Below are positions 34,926 to 46,500 of a stretch of 64,000 nt of DNA, piece by piece. The stretch lies in IMG/VR virus record IMGVR_UViG_3300027747_003046, positions 14,418-78,417 of that record; one strand, given 5' to 3'. The notes under the pieces are model-generated. The model was given only the letters and a program-made list of their open reading frames with translations, was not told where the DNA came from and did not search any database. Source of the stretch: a virus. Within the stretch, counting starts at the first letter, position 1; every line of letters begins with the position of its first letter. Both the position numbers and the translations under genes were made by a program.

Positions 34926-35903
34926 ATGAAAACTGCTTTAATTACTGGAGTTAATGGACAGGACGGCTCCTATCTTGCGGATCTTCTTTTATCAAAGAAG
35001 TATAAAGTTATTGGACTTTTAAGATATACTGCATCGAATGATGATGGTAAATTGGCCAATATACGTCATAACTTAGATAATCCTAATTTTATATTAGAAA
35101 CTGGCGATGTAACAGATATGTCTGCAATTTGGAGGCTTATTGAAAAATATCATCCAAATGAAATCTATAATCTAGCAGCACAATCACATGTAGGCGAATC
35201 TTACCGTTCACCTATTAGTACAGCACAGATTGATGCATTTGGTCCACTGAACATCTTAGAAGCAATTCGTTGCACCGATAAAAGTATTCGTTTTTATCAG
35301 GCATCAACATCAGAAATGTATGGAGATACACCAGGACCACAGAATGAAGAAACACTATTTTCTCCTATTTCTCCATATGCTTGTGCAAAAGTATTTGCAC
35401 ACAATCTAACAGCAACATACCGTAAATCATATGATATGTTTGCTTGTTCTGGTATTCTTTTCAATCATGAATCACCACGCCGTGGTGAACATTTCGTAAC
35501 TCGCAAGATTACCAAAGCAGCAGCAAATATTCTAGCCGGTAAACAAGATAGGCTTGAATTGGGACGTATTGATACCAAACGTGATTGGGGTTTTGCCGGT
35601 GATTATGTAGAAGCAATGTGGTTAATGCTTCAGAATAACGAACCAAGAGATTATGTAATTGGTACAGGACAGACAAACACTGTTAAAGATTTTGTTAATG
35701 AAGTATTTTCATTGGCCGGATTAGATCCAGAGAAACAAATGCTTTCAACTGAGGCACTATATCGTCCACACGATGTTGCTTTTCTGTTGGCAGATCCAAC
35801 CAAAGCCGAAAGCGAGCTAGGCTGGAAAAGAAAAGTTGATTTTAAACAATTAGCTAAAATGATGTTTGAGCACGATTTAAAAGTATTTGGTGATAAAAAA
35901 TGA
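34926..35903 (+). CDS. gmd: GDP-mannose 4,6-dehydratase
   Basis: ITGVNGQDGSYLA, NLAAQSHV, FYQASTSE, GILFNHESPRRG, RDWG. Confidence 0.95.
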   Translation: MKTALITGVNGQDGSYLADLLLSKKYKVIGLLRYTASNDDGKLANIRHNLDNPNFILETGDVTDMSAIWRLIEKYHPNEIYNLAAQSHVGESYRSPISTAQIDAFGPLNILEAIRCTDKSIRFYQASTSEMYGDTPGPQNEETLFSPISPYACAKVFAHNLTATYRKSYDMFACSGILFNHESPRRGEHFVTRKITKAAANILAGKQDRLELGRIDTKRDWGFAGDYVEAMWLMLQNNEPRDYVIGTGQTNTVKDFVNEVFSLAGLDPEKQMLSTEALYRPHDVAFLLADPTKAESELGWKRKVDFKQLAKMMFEHDLKVFGDKK

Positions 35904-36487
35904 AATATTTTATTGATTGTGGAACACATCTATTTCAAGGTTTAAAACAATTTAATCAAAAATATCAATTTGATGACAGTTGGAAGATATACACTTTTGA
36001 GGCAAATCCAAGAACTTTTGAAAAATCTAAAAACTTTTTAAATGATGGGCTTGAAAAATTAGATATTACTCACCAAAATTTGGCTGTTTCAGATCATGAC
36101 GGAGAAATTGTTGTCAACTGTGATTCGAACAACGACGGCGGTACTGGTCAAGGATCTAATATTCTTTTAACACCACCAGAAAAAGATATTGTCCATATTC
36201 ACACTTTTACTTGGGAAAAAGAAAAGACAAATTGTTTCGATCTATCTGCTTTTATAAAACAGTTACCAGATATTGAAAAACTGGTTATTAAAATGGACAT
36301 TGAAGGCTCAGAATTCGATGTTTTAAAAAAAATTATAGCAGATAACACATACGAAGAGATCGATGAGATGTATGTAGAATTTCATGAAAGATTCTTTTTA
36401 AATAATCTAAAAGAATATGCAGATTTAAAGCAAGAATTGATTAACTTTTTTCTTAATAATGAAGTAAGAATGGTTGAATGGTTTTAA
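35900..36487 (+). CDS. FkbM-like methyltransferase
   Basis: FIDCG, FEANP, KMDIEGSEF, VEFH. Confidence 0.85.
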   Translation: MKYFIDCGTHLFQGLKQFNQKYQFDDSWKIYTFEANPRTFEKSKNFLNDGLEKLDITHQNLAVSDHDGEIVVNCDSNNDGGTGQGSNILLTPPEKDIVHIHTFTWEKEKTNCFDLSAFIKQLPDIEKLVIKMDIEGSEFDVLKKIIADNTYEEIDEMYVEFHERFFLNNLKEYADLKQELINFFLNNEVRMVEWF

Positions 36488-36502
36488 GATTGAGGAGATA
36501 AA

Positions 36503-36685
36503 ATGAAACTATCAAAACAAGCACTTGGTTCACTTATGATGGCTCTACAAAAGAGTCTATTAGAACAGACAGATATTGTTCCAGTATTGGAAGAAATGGA
36601 TTGGGAAAGCTTTAACGATGAACTGTTTGTTAAAAACCCACCATCATTCGAAATGTCACAACAAAGTGAACACGAAGTAGACTGA
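36503..36685 (+). CDS. Hypothetical protein
   Basis: GAGGAG SD. Confidence 0.65.
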   Translation: MKLSKQALGSLMMALQKSLLEQTDIVPVLEEMDWESFNDELFVKNPPSFEMSQQSEHEVD

Positions 36686-36933
36686 TGCCAATATACACGT
36701 ACAAATGTGGAGAGTGTGGAAACACTTTTGATACATTTCACGATATGAGCACACGCTTAACAGATTGCCAGAAATGTGAGAAAATGGCAACACTTAAGCG
36801 TGTTCTCCATTCTTCAATTTCTGTATCAGAAAAAGACAATTCTGGTCAGCTAGTTAAAAAACATATTGAAGAAACAAAAGAAGCTCTTAAGGAAGAAGCT
36901 AGAAGCATAAAAAGGCAGGACTATAAAGGATGA
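36685..36933 (+). CDS. FmdB-family zinc-ribbon protein
   Basis: MPIYTYKCGECG...CQKC. Confidence 0.8.
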   Translation: MPIYTYKCGECGNTFDTFHDMSTRLTDCQKCEKMATLKRVLHSSISVSEKDNSGQLVKKHIEETKEALKEEARSIKRQDYKG

Positions 36934-37283
36934 TTATTTTATTATCGATTTTGCTAGTTGTATCTGTTGCTTTGACTGTAATAACAACTTGGTACTGTTA
37001 CAAGCTAGTAAAACGTTTTGCCGAAGTTGAAGACACATTTGAAATATATGATATGCAAATGGAAGAATTTACAGAGCACTTAAAACAAGTCTATGAACTA
37101 GAAATGTTTTATGGTGATACAACGCTTGAAGCTTTGATCAAACACACAAAATTTATTACCGAAGCATATTCAGATTTGAAACAGGATTATATGCTTTTAA
37201 GCGGAGAAGAAACTGATGCCACGTCCGAAGAAGAACAGCGGGAACCCAAACGATTCCAATTCGTCCCCACTCCACGTAATTAG
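36930..37283 (+). CDS. Membrane-anchored hypothetical protein
   Basis: N-terminal hydrophobic helix. Confidence 0.65.
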   Translation: MIILLSILLVVSVALTVITTWYCYKLVKRFAEVEDTFEIYDMQMEEFTEHLKQVYELEMFYGDTTLEALIKHTKFITEAYSDLKQDYMLLSGEETDATSEEEQREPKRFQFVPTPRN

Positions 37284-37977
37284 AAGACAAACACAGGTCA
37301 GGACAACACAGGGAAAAATATACTTTTCCAAGGTTCACGAAGATGCTATTGTTCAATATGCGCAAACTCGTGACCCAAAAGTAAGACAAGACCTGTATGT
37401 CAAATTAATTGGACCAGTATTTAATGAAATGGTTGATAAAATCGTATTTACATACAAGTTTACAACTTTGCCAAATATAGACGATTTAAAGAACGATTGT
37501 AAGATTTGGCTAACAACTATTCTAGATAAATTCGACCCAAGCAAGGGCTCAAAGGCATTTAGCTACTTCTCAGTTATCACTAAAAATTGGTTTATTCACA
37601 AGGTTAAGCGTAATTCTAACCAAACAAAACGTGAAGTTTATTTCGAAGATATCAAAAAAGAAAGCTCCGACGATCATCTTCTAATACACAACTCATATGA
37701 CGCAGATAGAAATAGCGAAGAGTTTTGGGATGCTCTTTGGGTTGAAATAAACGATTGGGAAGATGAAGATCTAAAACAAAATGATGACAGAGTTCTACAA
37801 GCTGTCAAGATTTTACTAGAAAACCCTGATCGTATTGAGATATTCAATAAAAAAGCTATTTATCTTTATATACGCGAGATTACAAACTTAAATACAAAAC
37901 AGATCGCATCTAGTTTAAACCGTTTAAGAGATAGATACAAGGATTTCAAGCTCGGTTGGGAGAATGATATTGTATGA
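37216..37977 (+). CDS. Phage sigma factor, T4 gp55-like (late transcription)
   Basis: DDLKNDC...LDKFDPSKGSKAFSYFSVITKN resembles sigma region 2 of gp55-like factors; lies just before the structural module. Confidence 0.7.
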   Translation: MPRPKKNSGNPNDSNSSPLHVIRRQTQVRTTQGKIYFSKVHEDAIVQYAQTRDPKVRQDLYVKLIGPVFNEMVDKIVFTYKFTTLPNIDDLKNDCKIWLTTILDKFDPSKGSKAFSYFSVITKNWFIHKVKRNSNQTKREVYFEDIKKESSDDHLLIHNSYDADRNSEEFWDALWVEINDWEDEDLKQNDDRVLQAVKILLENPDRIEIFNKKAIYLYIREITNLNTKQIASSLNRLRDRYKDFKLGWENDIV

Positions 37978-38270
37978 GCGATAAGAAGATTCAAAAATAT
38001 CTAGAAGAAGCTATCGATAATATTCGTGAAGACAGAAAAAAGGCCGACAGCTTATTGAAAGATATAGCTTCATATATTGGTGGTAGCCAAGAGCGTCATA
38101 GAGAAGTTGGCCTAACAGCGGCCAAATATCTAGAAACACTTCAAAGATCAAATGAGCAACTTGTCAAAATAACCGATATTCTCAAGAAATCGCTCAAGAG
38201 CGAATACGGTGATTTAGATGACAAAGAAAAAGATTCTATTTACGACGAAATAGAAAAGCCAAAAGATTGA
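37974..38270 (+). CDS. Hypothetical helical protein
   Basis: ATGA overlap. Confidence 0.65.
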   Translation: MSDKKIQKYLEEAIDNIREDRKKADSLLKDIASYIGGSQERHREVGLTAAKYLETLQRSNEQLVKITDILKKSLKSEYGDLDDKEKDSIYDEIEKPKD

Positions 38271-38319
38271 GTAAAAAATCCTTTATTGAATTAATTACTG
38301 TAAGTCGATAGAGGATTTT

Positions 38320-39570
38320 ATGTCACAAAATAAAACAGATTTACCTCCCCAAGATATTCCTTTTGGTCAAAACAATGCTTGGATCAGAACAAAAAGACCG
38401 ACTGTAACAGATTCTGAATTAGAAAGAAAAAGAAGAGAAGAACATACTAATCCTGACGTCTCTAAAGAAGTTCCAGGTCCACTATTAGGAATAGCTTTAG
38501 AAAATAGCTTTGATATAAAAAAGGGAGAATTTCCAATAGAGTTTGCGGGCTCGAATTACGAAAATGCCGATAAACTGATCGCTGTAAAGGCCCAGATAAT
38601 AGAACAAGATAGAGTACCACATCCAGCAGACAAAGATCTTAAATATGAAGATGGAACGCCAATTTCAGAAGAGGCGATGCTCTTCTTTTTTGATACTTTT
38701 ATAGCTGTCAGCACAGATGTAAAAGAGCACGTAAATAAAGGCGATTATATTCTAGTAGATTATGAAAACCGTTTAACAAGAAGTGGTCCCAAATATTATG
38801 GTTTGAAATATAAAGGTTCAAAAGACGCAGGCAAGAAAGAAGATAAAAGCTTCACTCAACAAAAAAAAGAGCAAGCGAATTTACAAAACACAACTTCGCC
38901 GCCAAATGTGGCATCACCAGTTCCTGCTGCTACTCAGACTCCACCTGCTAACACTACAGCTGCTAAGCCCGGTGATCAATTTCAGTGTGGTAAGTTGGCA
39001 GCCCTCGAAAAAACTCCTGGTAATTATCCGGTTGTACCAGCACCGTATGAAATGGTTGAGATGGCAGTTATACCAAATACCGCTTTTCTTATTTTTCCAA
39101 AAAAATACATAAATGCTCTACAAACAATGCGCGCAGCATATGAAAAAGAAACAGGTCAAAAGATGGGTTTAACTAGTGCGTATAGAAGTGTCACATTACA
39201 ACAATGTATGTATGATAGATATATTGCCACGGGTCGTCCTTGGCCACCGGTCGGAGATCCAAGTAAGATCAAGAGCAAATTCGTCAGTGCTCATGTCACC
39301 GGCCGTGCAGTAGACTTAGCAACTCTTAAGCCGTATAATGGACAATTCAAAACTCTCTCTGAAACAAAAGAATATAATAGTCTTAAGAAGCCAGATAAAA
39401 GAGATTTGGCTCTAGAAAAAACAAAAAATGGAGATTTTGGTCCCATTGCTCAATGGCTAGTTAAAAACTCAGAAAGATTCGGATTTGTATGGAGTGGTTG
39501 GAATTTTCAAGAATTGTGGCACTATGACTTTGTTGAAGAAATAGCTAGAAAAGCAGGATTAATAGAGTAA
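38320..39570 (+). CDS. Baseplate/tail-associated M15-family (VanY-like) peptidoglycan peptidase
   Basis: TSAYRS, SAHVTGRAVD (SxHxxGxAxD), RFGF, ELWHYDF. Confidence 0.82.
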   Translation: MSQNKTDLPPQDIPFGQNNAWIRTKRPTVTDSELERKRREEHTNPDVSKEVPGPLLGIALENSFDIKKGEFPIEFAGSNYENADKLIAVKAQIIEQDRVPHPADKDLKYEDGTPISEEAMLFFFDTFIAVSTDVKEHVNKGDYILVDYENRLTRSGPKYYGLKYKGSKDAGKKEDKSFTQQKKEQANLQNTTSPPNVASPVPAATQTPPANTTAAKPGDQFQCGKLAALEKTPGNYPVVPAPYEMVEMAVIPNTAFLIFPKKYINALQTMRAAYEKETGQKMGLTSAYRSVTLQQCMYDRYIATGRPWPPVGDPSKIKSKFVSAHVTGRAVDLATLKPYNGQFKTLSETKEYNSLKKPDKRDLALEKTKNGDFGPIAQWLVKNSERFGFVWSGWNFQELWHYDFVEEIARKAGLIE

Positions 39571-39572
39571 AT

Positions 39573-40574
39573 ATGTCAAATACACCAATTGGTAATTCAA
39601 AGCCAAAATTAGATTTACAGAAACTTACTACCGATCTCGCACAGGGTTTTGATAATCCTTCGAATGTTGTCGGATCATCAGGAGTCAGTGGTGACGACAT
39701 TGCCGAATTATCTCCCCGATTTGCGCAAACTCGATATGAAACAATTTATCATGGTAAACATGATTCTTCTATCGTTTTAGGAAGAGATAGAATTGGAGTG
39801 TTTGACGGATATGGTATTAATGGAAACACATCCTGCGCAGCAGTTGATATTGTGGTCGGAAGAAAAAGTTCCGATGATAAATTTGATATAAAACAACAAA
39901 TAGCATATCCAGATTTCACAACAGACGCAGCAAGAATTTATGTAAGTCAAAAGTCAGATATTGATAAGGCTTTTGGTTTACCGGCTGGCAAGGGAGGTTT
40001 ATCCGTAGCACGTTCGGCTATTGCTCTAAAAGCTGACGGACTAAGATTGATTGGCCGTGAAAATCTTAAACTAGTTGTTGGTACAGATCAAAAAAATTCA
40101 CAAGGCGGCAATATCAACACAAGAGTTGGTGTTGAATTACTGGCCGGCAAGATAGAAGATGGCGACCGTCTAATGATAATAGAAGACGATGCCGAGTCAC
40201 AGATATCCGAAATAGAATCAGGTGGTATGCAGCCAATTCCATTAGGAATAAATACTGCTTTTGCGATAGACCAGCTAACAGAAAAGGTTGATAAATTGAG
40301 TGGTGTTGTTAGTACTGCTGCCATGATTATAATAGATTATATGAATGAAATGGCATACCATAGCCACAGAAACTTACTTAATGAATATTTTGGGATACCC
40401 GTGCTTCCTTCTGAACAAGCTATCTATGCTAGCACGTCAGCAGCCGCACAATTATTACAATATACAATTGCTGATATAAAATTATTCCGTATGGAACTAA
40501 TTTCTTATAAGAACAATCACTTAAAACCAGCCGGCGCATATTATATAAACAGTAAATATCACAGTTTAAATTAG
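39573..40574 (+). CDS. Putative baseplate hub/spike-associated protein
   Basis: Position between lysin and wedge genes; beta-rich repeats, HSH near C-terminus. Confidence 0.5.
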   Translation: MSNTPIGNSKPKLDLQKLTTDLAQGFDNPSNVVGSSGVSGDDIAELSPRFAQTRYETIYHGKHDSSIVLGRDRIGVFDGYGINGNTSCAAVDIVVGRKSSDDKFDIKQQIAYPDFTTDAARIYVSQKSDIDKAFGLPAGKGGLSVARSAIALKADGLRLIGRENLKLVVGTDQKNSQGGNINTRVGVELLAGKIEDGDRLMIIEDDAESQISEIESGGMQPIPLGINTAFAIDQLTEKVDKLSGVVSTAAMIIIDYMNEMAYHSHRNLLNEYFGIPVLPSEQAIYASTSAAAQLLQYTIADIKLFRMELISYKNNHLKPAGAYYINSKYHSLN

Positions 40575-40582
40575 GATCTATA

Positions 40583-43500
40583 ATGGCAGAAGAAGTAACA
40601 AAGTCAATGTTAAATCCGAGCTCAGTTGAGCTGGTTTTTCCATTACAAACAGAAGTAACAATTGAAATTTCAAAAATACAAGAATATATTGCTCAATTGA
40701 GCAAATTATTTGCTTTTTATAAAAAGCAACTTCAATTGAATGGCAATGAAATTAAGAACTATGATCTTAGTTCAGAGATTGGCCCATTAATGACGTTTTT
40801 GGTTCAATTAGATATTGCTATAAAAAGCTCAAATATCGCTAAGCCAATAATCACATCAGATCCAAATAAAACTTCCGTATTTGATTACGAATTCTTAACT
40901 TTAAGAATAATTCCAACACCAGTTGACAATTCTGCTTCTTCGACGGGAATTCAGTTAAATGGTCCTCGAATGTTTGAGGAAAGAGAATATTCCGATGGTT
41001 CCAAAAGACAGACTCTTATATATAATAAAATTGATTATCTGTTTCTCGAAAACAAAACTACCCCCAGAACAATGGCGGTGTTATCGACACTACAATTTCC
41101 AGCTTTAACTGTTTCCCCATCAACTCTTGCCTTGGTTTTTAATAGTAAGGAAATATTAAAACAAATAAATGCTCCAATTCCAAGCAGCTTGCTATTGTGT
41201 CAAGGAAGACAAACTACTCTTTCTAAGTTGGAAGATGGTTTTTCGTTTTTAGGTTTTGATGTTGGAGGAGTTACTAGCAAAGTACTATTAAAAGATTTCT
41301 TAAATGCTTATATTCAGCCAATTCAGGAAGTAGTAGCTGCTCCGAAGCCACCAATTCCAAAAGCCTGCACACCAGAAGTAAGAGACAGACTATCTGTTGT
41401 TAGAGCTAGCCTAAATATGGCAGAAATACAGATAGCTTTTGCTGGTGGTATAAATTCTATAGAATTGGATACCAAAAAGAAATATGAAGAAGATAAACAA
41501 GAGTTTATTGAATTAACAAAACTTTGTCCTGATTTGATCAGCGAAATAAGTCTCTTTGAAAGCATAAAAGATATTGATAAATTGGGTAAATTATTTACCG
41601 ATTTCTTAGAAAAATATAATCTTGCCTGTATTGTTGACGAGGCCATTAAATGTGTAATGCCTCAGATTCCGTGTGATCAAATTTTAAGAGATTTGACTGT
41701 AGATAATTTTGAACAAAGATTACAAACAGCCTTTCCCCATCAGAAAAATATTATTCACGCAATAACCCTCAACATAAACGAGGCTTTGGAAAAAGAAAAT
41801 AGAAGACGTGCCGACGCTGGTGAACAGCCATTAGAGCCTGCCGCCCAAACACAGATTGTTCTAGATAATATCAATAAAGTTATCGATCTAGAAGCATTGT
41901 GTAAAATCGATATTGAGGCCATCGTTGAACTAATAAAGAATCTTTTTAATATCAAATTGCCCTCTTTTAATTTGTTTGATTGGCAATTTAATTTTAAAAT
42001 AGATCTTAATCTAGCAATCATAGAAGCACTTCTGAAAATGCTTTTATCGATGATTGAACAAGTCTTGAATGAATTGGTTGGCTGCGATGCTTTGGATGGT
42101 CTTATAGCAGGAATCATAAATTCAAATGTAGACGCTCCAACAGGTTTGTATGGAGATGTAGCAGCAATGTTCGGCGGAGATTTTGATTTTTCTAATTTTC
42201 AAGGAACTGCTGCTAATGGTATTCAAAATTTCTTGACACAGAGCGGCGACCAACTATCTAAAATTCTTGTATTTGAATCAAAATTAGGTAACAATCTTTT
42301 GGGCAGTTTTGGCGTTTCTGGAACTCTTGGATTTGGCAAAAACGCCGATAATATTTTAGCCGGTAATGTTGGTACCGAATTGAATACATTCGGTGGCCTC
42401 GTTAGAGCGTCGACTCATACAACCGGTGGAGTCGGTATCGCTGGTTTTCAGATATCACCAACTTCTTTTACCGGCATAATTGATGTTAATACTCTAGCAT
42501 CAACAGAAAAACAGGCAGACTTTTTAAAAGAAATTGGACAATTCCAGTTAACTACTGACGGTACAACCACGAATGCCGTTAGAATATCTGATGACTCTTT
42601 AGTTCAATTGTTGAGTTCTTCTAATAATATAGAAATAGCCAGAACTGTTCCGGCTACAAGGGAGCAACAACTTGAGCAAGATGTTTATACTCCTCTTAAG
42701 ACTAGAAATAAGAATCGTCATATTTTAAAGGCTTTAGTCAATATAAATCAAACGGAAAATGTTGCGCAATTAGTGGTTCCTCAAGCATCACTAGCAGATC
42801 AACTAAAAGAATATGTTAAAACATGTTTTGCGTTATTGTCACCATCTGAGGTTATTGATTTAATAACAGCCAATCCAAGCTTGGAAGTCAAATTAACAAT
42901 TACAGAAATAGCAAGAATACGATTTCCATTACTTAACGCAATTCTGAAATATCCAGAACGTCATGCCTTGTTGTTTGCTTCATTTGGCAAACTAACCAAA
43001 CTTGATAGTATTGGTCCGAGATTACAAATTCTTTCATCAGATCCAACCGTAAAAGAAAAAATGGTTGATCCAAATATTTGTGCTCCTTTCTCAAATCTTC
43101 GTGATTTTAGAGAAAACTTAATGACACAAGTGTTATCGCAAGAACTAGCCAATAGATTAATGGACGATCTTGTGGAAGATGATCGTAATCGTGCCAATAA
43201 ATTATTAAATAATCTAGCAAAGAAGCCGCCAATTGTGGACTTGATGACAAACCCATCAGCACTGGCTCCAAACAAGACTCCCGATGGAAAGCAGATTGAA
43301 GAAATTGATAGAGCGATAGCAAATACTTTGTCTAATCTTTTCGATCAAATCAAGCTATCATTCGACAAAGAGATAGAGGCATATCCAAACGCTTCTGCCG
43401 CAACAATAGAAGTAGAAGAAAAAATTACCAAATATACCGATGTTAAGCCAAAAGAGGTAACAGGATTTACAAAACCTGATGATGTGACTGGTAATGATAG

Positions 43501-46500
43501 ACCAATAAATCAAGAATATACAAATATTAAAAATATTACAAATACAGAGGGAGTTAAGGATTCAAACGGCAACTACAGAACAATTAACGGAGAACGGGGA
43601 AATTATTATTTTACAAGGAAGATACACAAAAGAAAACATGGTCAATTAATACACAGTGTTTTTGGTGGTATAAAAAATAAATTTAATATTAATAATATTA
43701 TTTTTGATATTAATTCTTCTGGAATTCTTCCATTAGAGATCGATCAAACTCTTTCGAGCATTAAACAAGAAGGAAGTCTTTCTTCTGGAAGTTATGAATT
43801 TGTACCAAGATGGAATCTTAAATACGTCGAAACAACAGGCTCTTATTTATTTGATATTAGGACAGCAGGACAGATACCAGTAACATCTGGTAATACTATA
43901 AAATATGCCGAAAAACTAAAGTTTACAGGAAGCATATCCGATGAAAATCCATTAATAATAGAGGAGATAAGACTAACTGGTCTATCTAATGAATTACAAA
44001 ATATATCGCGAAATAATATATTTTATAAATTATTAAATCCGGCATTTAAGAATATGGCACCGGTTCTAAAAAAAGCAAATGGAAGTCGATTGGATACGAT
44101 TTCTTATGATGAAGGATTATCCGAGTATATATTGGAAATATACCAGAGCTTTTTAAATAGAAATTTGTTAGATGCGCCTTATGATGCTCCGCTACTACAA
44201 AATTCAAAAGCATCGCAGATGTTGGATGATATCAAGAATATCTTGTTGAGTCTTGTTGATTTTACTCCGTTGCCAACAGAACAGGAGAAAGCTTGCGGAA
44301 TAGATACTCACTTGCTACAGCTGGAAGCTGTTAAAAAGCGCGTAATAAAAGAATTTAATTCATCGGTTCCAGATAACCTTGTGAGTAAAAATTCACAAAT
44401 AAACACAAGATATTCCGACTCAAAACCTGGACATTTATCAGAAAAGATAATGACCGGTCTTGCCGAGACTCTAATAAGAACATCTGTAATACACAATATT
44501 TTCAAAGGTTTGTTTTTGTTTGATAAGTACAATTACAGGTTTGATGTATTCTCTGTGCCAGAAATTATTTATATATTCTTTGAGCACACTGTAAAAAATG
44601 ACATTAAGAACGCAAAACTTGAAAATGATTTCCAAAAAGAAATAGAAAAAATTTATAATTTATACAAAAAAGACGAAAAACATCTAATACCGGAAGATGA
44701 TACTGGCTCTAATAAGTTGAGAAGTATTGTAAAATATCATATTGATTCTGTTCTTAAGATTTTAAAAACAATTGTTCAATCTTATAAAAATCCGCAATCT
44801 ATAAATGCGCCAAATACAACACCGGATTCATCCACTCAGATACAACTAGCACCTGCACAATTACAACAAAAATTCGATCTTTTTACACAAGGATTTGGAC
44901 TTGGTTCAAGTTTTTTAAATAATAATGCTAATTCTGATTTACAGATGCAAACAATGATATCATTAGTGGCAACTAGTACTAGTCCCGGTATTGCTGATGC
45001 GATTACTAGAATGTATAACGAGACTTTAGGTATACCAATAAATAATGATATTATTGCTACAAAAAATAGAAATATTTTCCTACAATCTTTGGCAAGAGCA
45101 GAACCATATTCAAATTTTTATGAAAAATATAACTATTTTACACCACCTGAAGATATGCCACCACCAAGTGATAGCGAAAATGACGAAGTATCAGAACCAC
45201 TACATTCTACTGTTCCCACGACGGGCGATATATATAATTTATATAAGCCGGAATCGACGTTTGCTAAATTTACTAGCAACTTAAGTCACCATATCTATAA
45301 TAGTAATAATCCTACTGGATACCAATTCATTCTAGAAAGATATGTAAAATTTGACTTCAAAAGTCCCTCTACAATAGACGAGCCACAGATATTTAAAGAT
45401 ACAAAAAAATTCTTTTCTGAACATCTACAACTAAATGGAGTTGTTAATTTAAAGAATTTTGAAGAAATAATGTTTGTAATTCTTTATATAATAACAAATT
45501 CTACACACAGAACAACACTTTATAAGAAAAACGCCACCAACTATGAAACTAATGGTTTCTGGTTCAATAGTCCGCCAAAATTTGGTTACAGAATTTGTTT
45601 AGTAAAAGATTATGCTGGTGTTGGTAATTTATCGAAAATCGACAATGGTTTTTACAATGGAATGGTAATTGGTATGCAAAATCCGGCTACATTCTATTTT
45701 GCTGACGATTCAACATCAACGAATACTGGCGAAGATTATACAACGCTAGATAATCATAAGAGATTTAAAACAGGCTTAATTCAAACATATACAAGTCAAA
45801 ATATTGATGATTCTGTTAGCAGAGATATGGCAGCTGCCCACAGACAGCAGCCAGATGCTTTAATATTAAAAAATCTTAGAAAGAATTTAGTTGTACCAGT
45901 TATAGAAAAAGAAATAGAATTCCCAGAAGAATTATATAATTTTGATAACACCAACCTTCCACCAAATTTTTATAATAATTATATTGCCGCTTTCCTTCCA
46001 CATTTACAAGAGGCAGTAGAAAGAAAAATGTTAGCAGATCCAACATACGATATTTTAGTAAATTTGTGTTTAATAGAGGGAATGTCAAAAACTTTTTCTC
46101 TAATCAATAGCATGGTCGGTATGGCTAGTGAGCCAATGTTCAAGCTGCTCGATGGTACAAAAGAATTAATTCGTAAAAATTACGAAATTCAAAAAAATAG
46201 CGGTAATTTTAAGAGCAGAGACAATAGAGGAGCTTACGAAAAACAGAAGAAAGCTAGTCAAGAAGCGCCACCTGCCGTTGATTTTCTAAAAGCTTCCGCT
46301 ACGATTCCGATTAATATGTTAAAAGGTTTGGCTACTGCTGTAGATCCAAACATATTCTTGGCCGATAAGATTGTTTTGGCAGGTAAAACAGGATTTGTAC
46401 AGCCAAAATTCAGGAGAGTTGAAGCCGGTGAAGTAGTGAAGATAGAAGGCTCAAATCAGACAAAAACAATAACATCAGATGAAGCCGGCGTAGCATATGA

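Noticed and set aside
27307-36487. Bacterial O-antigen or capsule locus (cellular origin of the window)
   Set aside because: No wzx/wzy/ABC exporter or housekeeping genes; flanked by phage sigma, baseplate genes and homing endonucleases.
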